DNA of 64,000 bases from Octopus sinensis (Eukaryota). Position numbers and translations under genes: made by a program. Location of the stretch: assembly GCF_006345805.1 (NCBI RefSeq), contig NC_043000.1, forward strand, positions 17,918,001 through 17,982,000, written 5' to 3'. Under the pieces are notes generated by a model that was given only the letters and a program-made list of their open reading frames with translations, did not search any database and had not been told where the DNA came from. Below, piece after piece: positions 50,341-63,650 of this stretch. Each line of letters begins with the position of its first letter. Within the stretch, counting starts at the first letter, position 1.

Positions 50341-50956
50341 TTAGTGTCCAAAGAGAAGAAAGAATTCTTTTGGTAATAGATTGCTTTTTTTTTTTTTTAA
50401 CCTCCAGAATTCAGCCTTTCTTTGCAATATGATGTATTGGGTATTTGAAAAGACTGGCTATATTTCATTATTTAACCTATAGTGGAGTTTCTACATGTCT
50501 AAAAATAAGTTCACGAACTACTTCTATTTGTATATCACATAACAGCAAAACTACTGTTAATATTGCCAGTCCTCAAATACTATTCTTGTATATTCTTGGC
50601 AGTATCAACGTTTGCCAGCTTTTTTTTTTGTTATCCGAGCGTGGCCGTTTGCCAGCCTCGTCTGGCACCTGTGTCGGTGGCACATAAAAAGCACCCACTA
50701 CACTCACGGAGTGGTTGGCGTTAGGAAGGGCATCCAGCTGTAGAAACACTGCCAGATCTGACTGGCCTGGTGCAGCCTTCGGGCTTCCCAGACCTCAGTT
50801 GAACCGTCCAACCCATGCTAGCATGGAAAGTGGACGTTAAACGATGATGATGATGATGATGATGATTCTTTCAGCAAGCTTGCTTGACTCAGTTCAACAA
50901 ACTTTTCTTCCAGTATAATTTAAAATATGTATTTCGGACAAAAGATTTCAAATAAG

Positions 50957-50962
50957 TTTATT
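50957..50962 (-). terminator. Candidate EMC3 polyadenylation signal AATAAA
   Basis: First minus-strand AATAAA I found downstream of the EMC3 stop (about 585 nt); AT-rich context makes a chance hit plausible. Confidence 0.3.
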
Positions 50963-51547
50963 ATTACAACTCTTAAAATGAATAAATATTTTAATTACTG
51001 TGTGTATGTGAACCCCACATATTTAATAAACATTAGGACAATAGTCTTAACATGTTAAAATAGTAGATTTAAAAAAAAATTTTTGCTTGATCTTTCATAA
51101 TTCACAGTAATTATATATAGAAGCATATAACAAAACAATTTGCATTTAAATAAAAATCAATACAAATGAACTTCCCCTTTATGTCCTTTGAATAGGTTGT
51201 CTGGAAGTGAAAATTCTAAATATTGTCAATGTGAAGTTGACGGTTTCAATCTCTCAACACACATACACAGAAGCACACAAACACACACGCATTTCTCTCT
51301 TTTGGCAATGGGGCTAGTTTTATCTAAAATAGCCGTTGCATTAGATTTCATTGTGGAGGAAGACAAATATTTTATCTTTCCTATTTGATGGTTCAAGATT
51401 GATTATTTGCCCACAGGCTTTATCAGTAGATTACAATGTTAGATGCTATCTGTAAAAATCCAATTTCTTATGAAAAACACAAGCCAGTTTTTTTTTTTTT
51501 AATATATTTTGCTCCACTTCAGTGTAAAATTGTCACACTTTGTACAA

Positions 51548-51664
51548 TTATGAGAACTTGTTTTTTATGTAGATGGTTTCTGGAATACCGCTGCCAGTTA
51601 GTTCCTCCTCAACACCTTCCAAAATCCACTGATGGTTGCAAATTTCAAGAGCTTCCCACTCTGC
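51548..51664 (-). CDS. EMC3: ER membrane protein complex subunit 3, last coding exon
   Basis: ttacag|GCA GAG TGG..TCA TAA = AEWEALEICNHQWILEGVEEELTGSGIPETIYIKNKFS*, matching EMC3 EWEALE..HQW.L..VEEEL. Confidence 0.93.
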   Translation of the reverse strand, partial: AEWEALEICNHQWILEGVEEELTGSGIPETIYIKNKFS

Positions 51665-51905
51665 CTGTAAAAGGAAATAATTAATCGCAATTAAATACAA
51701 TAAAAAAAATATTTCTTTTTCTGAATCCAAGTAACTGATAGAATTCAAATGTTTTTACATATAAAAGGTTTTGATATAAAATTATGTAAGAGATCTCATA
51801 GAAGACATGCCTGCTATGTCTAATTTTACTGATATAACAAGTTATACAAAAATACTTTTTGAATGGTATTCAAAAATTAAATTGCTATCACAGGACCTAT
51901 AAAGG

Positions 51906-52421
51906 AAAATTATTCATTCAAAAATTAATGTTGAAGAACTGGCTACAAATTTTCAATCCCCATCAAAGCAAATTTCATGTAACTTTCCCCCTTCTAAAAT
52001 TTTACATTCATCTCATCACATCAGGAGGGTGATCTTTAACAATTTTAATATTGATAAAGAAATAAACAGGATGCACTGTTCATCATCATCATGTAATGTG
52101 TTGAACAATTTGAAATGAGCAAGCAAAGCCAAGAGTCACAACAAGGTTCATAGTCTGTTTTTGCATGTTTCTATGGCTGGATGTCCTTCCTAATGCCTAG
52201 TATCACTTTACAGAGTGTACTGGGTGCTTTTTATGTGGCACCGTTGCCAGTGCTTGTTAGGGGAGGTAAACAAATGTTTATAATTTCACCCTTTTTAATA
52301 AAATCTTTCTCAGACCCTTACCATCACTTCTAGATTGATGACAAATTCAAACACTTAGTAGGGATTAAGCAAAACTAGGTATGAATAACTTCTCAAAAAA
52401 CAGTTAAAAATTTGCTCTTAC
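51906..52421. repeat. Intronic direct duplication, copy A' (516 bp)
   Basis: Matches 54507-55041 except for a 19-bp deletion (TAACATGCTGGCATGGGTT). Confidence 0.95.
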
Positions 52422-53512
52422 CTTAGCAAAAGCAAAAAAAATGCTTGTTGTATTGTGCTGTCAAAGACCTTGAATCAAATTTATTCCCCCCATTCAGCAA
52501 TTTTTTTAATAACAGTTTTGCTATTTTCCTATATTTAAAATTAAATATAATGAGAGGGATCTAAGGGTCAGAGGTCGTAATACAGAGAAAGACGAGATGA
52601 GATCGGTGGTACCTTCTTATCTTCCTGATCAAATTCACCAAAGGAAATGTTGAAACTAACATCAGATTTAATACTTCTATTATAGACCAGCCCATTTTAT
52701 CTTCTATACAAATAAAGCTAGGTAGTCCAAATAATAGCTTATGATTCATTTATCCTTCCTTGTAAAATACCCCAACTAGGCCACCACCTTTAGATCACTA
52801 TGCTTTTAAAAATGAGCTGCATAGAAACTGATAAGACGGGGGAAGGGTTCTTTTTTTGGAAACTAAATACTGGCAGTCAACCAGGCAGGTAGAGAAGGGT
52901 GAACATTGAAGGGAAAACTTCAATAAGCCTCTACAACACTATAGCTGTATATCAATACTAGGATTGCATCTTTTTGTTCACCATATTTCTGTTGAAATAC
53001 ATTGCCTCTATTACAATTAATTTTTATAATGAAGAATTTAGTAAAATAACTTTACCATTATCAAGCTGGTATTTGAAACGAATTAACAAAGACTTTTTAA
53101 TTGAAGGTTTTAATTTATTTTACTTTAGAACAGGAAAAGTTTGTATTATGCACATGGGGCAGGCTTCAGTGTGTCAGTATCAAGAGTTAAAAACTCTGGA
53201 CTGACAAATTGGCCGAAAGAAATGGTAATTTCTTCTAGTTCCATCCAACAGTGCCAAGATACGAACACAATACAGAAAAATACCAAAAAGCCCCTGACAA
53301 CCATAACTACTCACCGTATGAAGCACAGAAAACTCAGACATTCAGTTTACAAGTTCTAGGCATTTCTGGCAACTTTGCAAGGCAGCCATGTCTATAATAG
53401 TCAAGACATTGCAAAACTTGAATTTCTTTTTCACACCACAGAAATACTTCAGCTTTGAATAGTTGCCGACTCTCTATAAGGCATTGTGACACCTAATAAG
53501 TACTGCTATATA

Positions 53513-53545
<33 letters not shown>

Positions 53546-54506
53546 ATACAAATATGCTAAAACTTCACTTTCCTTTGTTTTGTTTTGTTTTACTTTTTTT
53601 TCATTACAACAACAGTTTCTACTCTTTTTCATAATATATCCGCACTCCCCATTATTACTATCATCCCAGCAGAATCAATCCACCAAATCTCACAGTAACC
53701 ATCACAACCACTAGTTGGAACTGCAATTCTCTGGAACCCCTTTCCCCATGCAATTTTTACCTGGCCAGCTCCTGTCAACCATCCTACCCATACGTGCATG
53801 AAAGATGCACATTAAACGATGATGATGATGAAACAAAACTCTGCAGATGTTCAAGATAAACATCTCTTACATCAACCTCATAAGTCTAGGAAAACTCCTT
53901 AAACCTATGGGCACTGTTACACTTTCTTATCTGACCAAATAATAAAACCATACTACTGTTGCCATCATTTTATATTTGCTTTCCATGTCTGCATGAGCTT
54001 GATGAATCCTCAGGGTCTGAATCAGTTTTAGTATAGAGTTACTACCTTCCAAGACAAGTTGAAGGACCATGTCTCACTCATGTTTCATTTTGGCTTGGAT
54101 TCTATAGCTAGATGCTCTTCCTATCATCAACCACATCACAGATTGTACTGGGGGTAGTTTATCAAAACACCAGCCAAGAGAGCTTGTCGTATCTATGACA
54201 TGGCACAAAAATCTTTGCAACTCCACATCTCTACTCATTTGCCAACCACACTACAGAGTCCAAGGTGGATTCTACAATGGACCAACACTAATGGAGTTGC
54301 CTCGTACCTCATGAAATTAGAGAAGCCTCACCACTTTATGATGTATTTATGGTTGAAGAGGTGAATCAGAGAGAGTTTAATGACACTCGAAGCCAACATT
54401 TTATTATCAGGTGGCAACACACTTCAGAGCATCATACTATCTGCCCTACACTCAGAGAGAGAAGCTCATAAAAAGACACACACACATACATACATACATA
54501 CAAAAA

Positions 54507-55041
54507 AAAATTATTCATTCAAAAATTAATGTTGAAGAACTGGCTACAAATTTTCAATCCCCATCAAAGCAAATTTCATGTAACTTTCCCCCTTCTAAAA
54601 TTTTACATTCATCTCATCACATCAGGAGGGTGATCTTTAACAATTTTAATATTGATAAAGAAATAAACAGGATGCACTGTTCATCATCATCATGTAATGT
54701 GTTTAACATGCTGGCATGGGTTGAACAATTTGAAATGAGCAAGCAAAGCCAAGAGTCACAACAAGGTTCATAGTCTGTTTTTGCATGTTTCTATGGCTGG
54801 ATGTCCTTCCTAATGCCTAGTATCACTTTACAGAGTGTACTGGGTGCTTTTTATGTGGCACCGTTGCCAGTGCTTGTTAGGGGAGGTAAACAAATGTTTA
54901 TAATTTCACCCTTTTTAATAAAATCTTTCTCAGACCCTTACCATCACTTCTAGATTGATGACAAATTCAAACACTTAGTAGGGATTAAGCAAAACTAGGT
55001 ATGAATAACTTCTCAAAAAACAGTTAAAAATTTGCTCTTAC
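54507..55041. repeat. Intronic direct duplication, copy A (535 bp; first 535 nt of the last EMC3 intron)
   Basis: See 51906-52421; ends at the donor GT of exon 55042-55124. Confidence 0.95.
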
Positions 55042-55124
55042 TTTGAATGCTTTCATGGGGTCTGGAGGTGCAACCATAGCTGAGCCTGACATCTGTTCTT
55101 GCATAACTCTGGTTTGGTCAGCCG
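55042..55124 (-). CDS. EMC3: EMC3 coding exon
   Basis: ctttag|CG GCT GAC..TTC AAA|gtaaga = (A)ADQTRVMQEQMSGSAMVAPPDPMKAFK; 83 nt, phase 1/0. Confidence 0.95.
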
Positions 55125-55249
55125 CTAAAGAGACAAATATTAATATATCCATTACGTGAAAGCAAGGGAGAGTATCAAGCAAAAGTAACAACTTTATGAA
55201 AGCATGAAGAAATTGTAATAGAATCAGCAGTGGTGTTAATAATACATAC

Positions 55250-55329
55250 CGTTATCTTGTCCCAGGATTAATGTGTACATACTTCTCAATCCAAATACAT
55301 TGAGAAAATACCAGGATATTGAACTGACC
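55250..55329 (-). CDS. EMC3: EMC3 coding exon
   Basis: ttctag|G GTC AGT..GAT AAC G|gtatgt = (W)[26 protein letters not shown]; 80 nt, phase 2/1. Confidence 0.96.
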
Positions 55330-55467
55330 CTAGAATTTAGAAAATAAAATCTCTCAAAATTTTAACTATTAAGGAAAGTCATCATGTCAACAATAATAAC
55401 ACATACACTGGCACAATATCACTTCTTTATTGTTAGTCAAATGAATAAATATCTAATCAACTAACTA

Positions 55468-55979
55468 CTGTAAATCCTCGAGTATAGTCTGCCCTTATGT
55501 ATAATATGCAAGGGATTTTTAGGGGGCTGTACCTCTGAAAAACCTATACCTTGTGTATAATACGCACCCCTTCACTAACTTGAGTCAAGAAGGTCTATAT
55601 AATGTCCTTGGTTTGTAAAAATGTATACGGTAACGTCCTTTATTATTATTGTATATATAACATAATGCAAATGTGTAGCTTTTTTGTGCATTTTGTTTGC
55701 AGAAAATAAAGAAATAACAGTAATAACGTTTAATAAATGTTGCTTACTGCAAGTTATGGATGATTCTTTTATGATTTCATTGCTTTCAGGCTTAGCTTAA
55801 AGTATTTTCACGCCCGACATCACAAAATGTGTCTGAATAAACATTGCCGGACAGCAAATAGAAACTCAGACATTGCTTAGAAAATAATTTTCATTTTTAA
55901 CCTCATTTATAGTACGCACTAGGGATTTTGACCTTTAAATTTTGGGAAAAAAATGCGGATTATACACAAGGATTTATGG
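55468..55979. mobile_element. pogo/Tigger-like MITE
   Basis: TIR CTGTAAATCCTCGAGTATAG / ATTATACACAAGGATTTATGG, TA on both flanks. Confidence 0.75.
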
Positions 55980-58869
55980 TAATCAAAAATTTGTTTAACT
56001 AATCAATTGGTTGATTAGTTGAAGTTCTTTTGCTGCTATCTGCAACCTTCTCAGTGACTTGCTCTCTCTTCAAGGTCTTGAGCAGACAGTGCATGTGTTA
56101 TTATTAGTGTAATCATCTTCCGAAGACCACCAGATTTATTTCAACAAATGAATTCACATCAAGAATCTTGTAAACCAAATACAAAAATGAATTATTAAGG
56201 AGAGAAAAGTCAAAAGAAAATTTTTCTCATAACTCACCAATTTAATTTACAAAATTACTGTTTTCTTTAAATAGAATTAAAATTCTTCAAATTTAGACTT
56301 ATTTACAATATTTATAACTACACTATGCATCAATTAGTTTGATTTTTGATCATCTGTGATATTTTCAGAGATCTGCATGCTTCCTTAGCTGTATTCAAAC
56401 TAGGAACCTTTATTTGCAAACTAAATATACTATCATCATCATGGTTTTGATGTCCACTTTTCTGTACTTGCATGGATCACATGCATTTTACAGAGGTAGG
56501 TTTTCTGCAGTCGGCTGCCCTTCTTGTTGCTAACTAGGAAATATAAACAGCAAGCACTCACATGTACTATCATCATCAACATTTAATGTCCGTTTTCCAT
56601 GCTAACATGGGTTGGACAGCTTGGCAGGGACTGGCAAGGCCAGGTACCACACCAGGTTGCATAATCTGTTTTGATTTGGTTTCTACAACTGGATGTCCTT
56701 CATAAACACCAACCACTCGACAGAGTGTAATGGGTGCTTTTTGTGTGGCACCGACACTCTCACCAATGCGTTTTATGTGGCACCTTAGTTTTAGGATCTC
56801 ATCTTTGCTGTGGTGGGTGGGTCTTCTTGAGTAAAGCAACGTGCCCCATATCTAGTTCCTCTGTCATCTCCTTTGTAAGTCTGTGTTTCAATATTTCATC
56901 CCATGTCTTCCTGGGTTTCCCTCTTCCACGACTTCCTTCCACTTTACGTGGTAGGCATAACAGGCTTCTTTCAGTTTCTGTCAACCAAATCCACTGACGT
57001 GGTTGGGAAGCAAAGTTCTTAATCATTGAGCTACACCTACGTCTAAGTATATCTGGTGATAAAATGCCTGATGATTATCATAGATTACTTTTGTTTCAGC
57101 ACACGATCTCAGATCAAATCACTTGCTATGCAAGTACATCTCCGTAATATCATAGATTCAGTTGATCAAAACAAGTAAAGATGTAAATATATTCTCTAAA
57201 TATACTGAAATAATTATTACAATATTAGTTATTGAGCTAAATTTGTATTTTCCTCACTGCATAAATATATCAAATTAGCTTTTAGACACTAACAGTCCAA
57301 GCAATTATGACCTTAATAACTCATTTGAACATGAAAGATCCTGTTTTGTTTTTACTCCGCTACAGAAATATGAATTTGGTTTTATTAAAAGGCTTTCCTT
57401 TCATTTTTCCACGACTAAGTGACGCTTGGACGGTCTGTTTTCTTTTTTATTTAGTTTTATTAGGCAAAAATAGAACGAGCAGAGTTATGTACCTTGGTCA
57501 ATTTAGGGGAGATAATTAGTGTTGTAAGAGGAGATAACCTGTGACGAGTAAAATAACATAAATATGGAGAATAGTTTAAATTGTTTTCTATCAACATATC
57601 TGCATCTACAAACATTGATCCTTATCTGAAGTAGGAAGAATTCATGTGGTATGATTTGTAACAATAACGAACTGGAAGTATAACACACACAAAGACACTA
57701 AAATTGATTTATGAATATAAAAAAATAAGTCGACAAAGGAGCCTCTATGCAGGCACTCAAAATAGCAGTCAAATCTCTCTCAAATTACACCTTATCATAA
57801 AAAGAGAAGGATGTCTTTCATAACTTAATCATAGATATACTGTATAAATAAAAATCAGGGGGGGAAAAAAGGATAGTCATAGCTTTGACGTCCTTCATTA
57901 CAAGTGTGCTTAATCAGTGCTGACCTGAGACTAAAAAACTAGATTGGTTTAACCAAGAACAATGACTACAGCAAATGCAAGTGTTTGTGTAGTTTATCAT
58001 GGATATTCGTTCAACACCCCCCCCCCCTTTCATTGGAAGTTAATGAACTGCAAATGAAGTCCTCCAATAGTAAAGAGAACCAGTGTAGACTTTATGAAGC
58101 TGAAAGTTCAGTATAGTTACAAAGAGAGATACATATTAACACTAAATTTCGTGTTTATGAGGCTTCTGTTACAAAATACTTCTTTATATATATATATAAC
58201 AAAAACAATTGCTGCGTGGAAGGTGTTTATAAACCATTTAAGAAACACACAAAATCCGTTAGATTCACTTCCACATTTAAATTTTATTTGTCAAAATATT
58301 TTCGCCGCTTTGAGACTGCGACCTGTTCACTGACAAAATTCCATGATGCAGCACCTTCCACGTTGCAATTGTTTTCATTCCTGCACACGATCTCGGATCA
58401 GGCCACTTGCTATGCAAGTACATCTCCGTAATATGTATGTATGTATGTGTATATATATATTTCTATTAGCCATCAAAGACATGTGAGACTGCTTGTACGT
58501 TTTCACTAGAATTGTCTGAGATATTTATTAAGCTTATTTTGTAAGGGTATGAGTCTCAAAAAAGAAGTGTTTGAGCAAGTCCAAAAGTTTGAGCATCAAG
58601 ACACATCTCATAAAAGCAGTTTAACAAAGTATATTAAACATGTCACATACCAACAGTAATCAAGAAATCTGGTGGAGCCATATACTTAACAGACCTTCAA
58701 CAGAATCTGTAAGTCAGCCGCAGGCTTTAAAAATACATTTCAAAGCGCATGGCAGAGAACAATATGCATTTAAGATGCATGTGTAAAAGGTGGTCATCAA
58801 CTCCCTGCTGAGCTATATATATGTAAGACAATATAATCAGATTAAGAATGGATTGCCAAAAGATCAAGG

Positions 58870-59330
58870 AGCTACTACAACTGCTGGTGACAAGCCTTTT
58901 CCTCTTAGAATGAAGGGCATATCGTATGATGCCTGCAATGCTGCATGGTAGCAAGACCTGGGCCTTGAATGCAGAGGACTTGAGAAGACTAAAAAGAAAT
59001 GAAGCAGGAATGTTCTGTGGGATGTGCAATGTAAGTGTAGATGAAAGGCATAGTAGAAATGTGTTGAGAGAAAAACTAGATGTAAGAGGAACCAGATGTA
59101 GTGTGCAAGAAAGAAGTCTGCACAGGTATGGACGTGTGAGATGTTTGAATGAGAAAAGCTGTATCAAGAAGTGCCAGTCATTTAATGCACATAGAGCTTG
59201 GAGAACAGAGAAACCCAAGAAGACAGAGGACAAAGTGGTGAAGGTCCTAATATTTCAGAACCTTAACCTTACGGAGAAAATGACAAAGAACTAGGATGAC
59301 TGGCAATATGCAGTTCTTGGGAAAAACTGG
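58870..59330 (+). mobile_element. RTE LINE ORF2 C-terminal fragment
   Basis: MLHGSKTWALNAEDLRRLKRNEAGM..LREKLDVRG..LHRYGRV, typical RTE C-terminus. Confidence 0.8.
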
Positions 59331-59763
59331 TCCAAAAGTGGGTGAGGGAGGGATTTATAAAGTTTAAAAAATCTTCATCAAAACAGAAAATCCAACTTAA
59401 GTGGGTGTGCTATTCTGTGGTAAGAAGCTTGCTTCCTAACAACATGGTTCTGGGTTCAGTCCCACTGCATGGCACCTTGGGCAAGTGTCTTATACTACAG
59501 CCTCAGACTGACTAAAGTGTTGTGATTGGATTTGGTAGACAGAAACTGAAAGAAGCTTGTTGTATGTATGTATATATATATAGATGTGTGTATATGTGTA
59601 TGTGTGTTTATTTGTATATGAACGCATATACTGTGTTGTATATATTGGGTACGTCTATGTACATGGAATTCAACTCTTACCCAGTGATCTGAACATTAAA
59701 ATGCCTAGATTCTAACGAATCATACAACTGATTAATTAATATATGTCTGTATGTATCTGAGTA

Positions 59764-59813
<50 letters not shown>

Positions 59814-60074
59814 ACATATATATATTAATCAGCCGAAATTGCTAGGATGATCTGGTTCTTGACTGAAGATTGAAGGCTTCGAATGTCCCGTCCGTGTTTT
59901 TTGTATCGTCTTCTAAATGTTTTACGTTCTTGTCCCAGTTTGTATTTTTCTACATATAATATATACATATATATATATATACTTGTGCAAATCATGTTAG
60001 CATGGAAAAATGAACATTAAAACAAATGAAATGCATACGGCATATGCACATCCACAGATTAAAAATGAACTTAC

Positions 60075-60156
60075 CAGGATGCATCCAGTGATACAAGTTC
60101 AATACCACGTTGCAACATTGGCTTAAAACGTAATGTGAGAGGAAATGGTACTTTTG
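60075..60156 (-). CDS. EMC3: EMC3 coding exon
   Basis: tttcag|CA AAA GTA..TCC TG|gtaagt = (T)[26 protein letters not shown](W); 82 nt, phase 1/2. Confidence 0.96.
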
Positions 60157-60496
60157 CTGAAAAACAATTGTAACAAGGATTACATATGAGCAATTTATTT
60201 AACCCTTTAGCATTCAGATTACTGTTAACCCTTTAGTGTTTAAACCGGCCAAATCCGGCCCAATATATTCTACATGTTTTATATTCAAACTGGTGATATC
60301 TGGCCTCTCACTCCTAACCTACAATGCCATTCTGAAAATAAACAATCACATCATTGAAACCTCAAAGCTATAAGAGAATGCATGATTAATTCAAAACAAT
60401 TTGAGTGAAAAAGCATTACATTTAACAGAGTATTCTGAACACTAAAGGTTAAATATAATACCCTTTTTTTTATTCGAATTTATTTTGAATTAATGT

Positions 60497-60893
60497 CTTT
60501 TACTCTTTTACTTGCTTCAGCCATTTGACTGTGGCCATGCTGGAGCACTGCCTTTAGTCGAGCAAATTGACCCCAGGACTTATTCTTTGGAAGCCTAGTG
60601 CTTATTCTATCAGTCTCTTTTGCTGAACCGCTAAGCTACGGGGACGTAAACACATCACCATCGGTTGCCAAGCAATGCTGGGGGGAAAAACACAGACACA
60701 CAAACATTTACACACACACACACATATACATGACGGGCTTCTTTCAGTTTCCGTCTACCAAATCCACTCACAAGGCATTGGTCGGCCCGGGGCTATAGCA
60801 GAAGACACTTGCCCAAGGTGCAACGCAGTGGGAATGAACCTGGAACCATGTGGTTGGTAAGCAAGCTACTTACCACACAGCCGCTCCTGTGCC
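60497..60893 (-). mobile_element. SINE family A
   Basis: Full-length copy; opposite-strand head at 59407-59575. Confidence 0.86.
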
Positions 60894-61129
60894 TCGTACA
60901 TTATTTTATAGCTTTGGGGTTTTGATGATATGATTCTTTATCTTTAGAATGTTAGTGTAGGTAAAGTGCAAGAGGCCAGATGCAGCCAGTTTGAATGAGC
61001 AACACGTAAAATATTTAGGCTGGATTTCGACAGTTTAAATGCTAAAGGGTTAATACTAAATATCTATGTTAAAACTTAAGAGGAGCACAATAAAATATAT
61101 AACGAGAACAGCTGTGTGAAGTGTTGATC

Positions 61130-61632
61130 TCTAATGGTGGAGGGAACCTGTGGAAGGGGCAGACCCAGGAAGACATGGGACAAGGTGGTGAAGCATGATC
61201 TTCAAACATTGGGCCTCATGAAGGCAATGACAAGTGACGAAAGACCTTTGGCGACATGCTGTGCTTGAGAAGACCCGTCAAATCAAGTGAAATTGTAATC
61301 ATGGCTGATGCCAGTATCACATAACTGGCACCCATGTCAGTGGCACGTAAAAAGCACCCTTCAAACGTTGGGTGATATGCCATGCTTGAGAAGACCTATC
61401 AAGCCAAGTGAAATTGTAGTCATGGCCAATGCCAGTGCTACGTAACTGACACCTGTGCTGGTGGCATGTAAAAAGCACCCACTACACTGTTGGAGTGGTT
61501 GGCATTAGGAAAGGTACCCAGCCATAGAAACCATGCCAAATCAGACTGGAACCTGGTGCAGCTCCCCAGCTTATCAGTGAAACCATCCAACCCATGCCAG
61601 CATGGAAAACGGATGTTAAATGATGATGATGG
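61130..61632 (+). mobile_element. 5'-truncated RTE LINE: ORF2 end + 3' UTR + (GAT)n tail
   Basis: GTCGRGRPRKTWDKVVKHDLQTLGL then UTR minisatellite and GAT tail. Confidence 0.78.
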
Positions 61633-62088
61633 TGATACTCTATCTAGTTCTTCTATTAACACTACAATGATTGTTACTCTTCTGAACTTGTTATCATATC
61701 CCTACAGTCCAATCCAGTCGAATTTCTCCTCTCTTTTTCGTCATCCTTACTGTGTTTCACATCCAAAATCTCATGCTATATACTTTTCCTAACCCTTTCT
61801 TAACAAAGAAAAAACAAAATAAAATTAAGCCTTCTTCAAATCCCTGCTCCACTGATATTTTAAATACAAGAATCGATCCACAAAATTTCAAGTTGAACAT
61901 CAACTTCACCTCTCACATTAGCATGAAAGTTCCTGCAATGGTCAGAGCCTCACCTCCTCAGAAGAAAAACAAAAAAAAAACTCAAACACAACTGCATAGT
62001 AAAAGCTGAACTCATGGCCACTATAAAGCACAATTTTTATAAATATCTAACAACAAAGAATGAAATTAAAACTTAATGCAAGACTTAC

Positions 62089-62193
62089 TGGTGAGAAATC
62101 CTGAGAAGGCCCAATTGATCCACCCACCAATTATGATCATTGGTAGAACATTGGTAACATTTCCTTTTAACATATCAGTCATCATAGTGGGAT
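62089..62193 (-). CDS. EMC3: EMC3 coding exon (most 5' exon seen)
   Basis: ttgcag|AT CCC ACT..CTC ACC A|gtaagt = (D)[34 protein letters not shown]; 105 nt, phase 1/1. Confidence 0.96.
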
Positions 62194-63269
62194 CTGCAAC
62201 AACAAAAGAAGGTAATTAAATCTGTCATATTTTAATATCATAATTTCATCTTCACAGCACAAATAATATGTAGGCTTCAGTCTTTCAACCCACCTGAAAC
62301 ATCTCTGGTCCCAACTCCCTTGAGATTACAGGTATGAAAGTGCTTGTATTTAAATCAAAATCTTGAGCCGATATATCATTATTCCATGATAATGAAATAG
62401 CTAGTTATATCAATTCAATGTTTAAAAGAGCACAACATAAAAAATAAATTCCCTTATCGTACAATAGTGAATCCTTTAATAAATTACATTAACCTGCAAT
62501 ATCAAATACCTTAAGAAATTACATCATAATGTAACAATGAGTAGACTTTTTCCAAATATAAGGCCTAGAAGTGGAGTTAATGAATATTATTTATTTATTC
62601 ATTGCACATAGAGGGGACGAACAAAGAGATGAAGTCGATTACATCGACCCCAGTGCATAACTGGTACTTATTTAATCGATCCCAAAGGATGAAAGGCAAT
62701 GCTACAGACATAGCACAGATGAATCTAAAGAACAGTCTATGTTGGAATAACAATAATAATAGAAAACTCCTGGAAATAATAATCGCTAATATATAAGGTG
62801 GTGACAAGGAAGAATTTGTAGAGTGCAAATAAAATGACTTGTGGTATTTAGCAATGGTTCTTATTTTAGCTGTAGAAACTCTGCCAGATCAGATTGGAGC
62901 CTGGTGCAGCCATCTGGTTCACCAGTCCTCAGTCAAATCATCCAACCCATGCTGGCATGGAAAGCAGACGTTAAATGATGATGATGATGATTTTCTTAGT
63001 TCAAATCTTCTTGTTGTCAACTTTGATTTTCATCCTTGTAAGTACTGAGACTGATTTAATCCTTTAGCATTTAAACTGGCCACATCTGACCTAAATATTC
63101 TACCTAATCTATGTTCAAACAAACCAGAACATATCTTTCTCACCTATCCTACAGGGTTTTTCTAAAGATTAAAAAAAAAAACCATATCATCAAAATCTCA
63201 AAGCTACAATATATTGTTTGATAATTCAACACAATGTGTATACATAAGCATTACATTTGACAGAATAAT

Positions 63270-63650
63270 CATCATCATCATCGTCATCATCGTCATTTAG
63301 CGTCTGCTTTGCATGCTAGCATGGGTTGGACGGTTCAACTGGGATCTGGAAGCCAGAAGGCTGCATCAGGCCCAGTCTGATCTGGCAGTGTTTCTACGGC
63401 TGGATGCCATTCCTAACACCAACCACTCCGTGAGTGTAGTAGGTGCTTTTTACGTGCCACCCGCACAGGTGCCAAACGGAGCTGGCAAACGGCCACGGAT
63501 GGATGGTGCTTTTTACGTGCCACCGGCACGGAGGCCAGTCGGGGCGGTGCTGGCAACGGCCACGATCGGATGGTACGATTACTTGTCACCGGCACTGGTA
63601 TCACAGCTGCAATTTCCATTGATGTTGATCGACTTCGATTTTGGTTCTGC
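63270..63650 (-). mobile_element. RTE LINE 3' UTR with (GAT)n tail
   Basis: Same family as 8035-8366 and 11082-11450. Confidence 0.75.

Noticed and set aside
41424-51548. Functional linkage or read-through between DUS4L and EMC3
   Set aside because: Convergent genes about 10 kb apart with unrelated housekeeping functions; nothing in the sequence links them.
52561-52749. 62-aa minus ORF just upstream of the duplicated donor as a novel exon
   Set aside because: It ends in its own stop about 140 nt before the donor, has no recognisable motif and no clear acceptor.
58727-59233. 168-aa minus-strand ORF (also 45284-45637 and 26427-26744)
   Set aside because: Antisense shadows of LINE ORF2 fragments.
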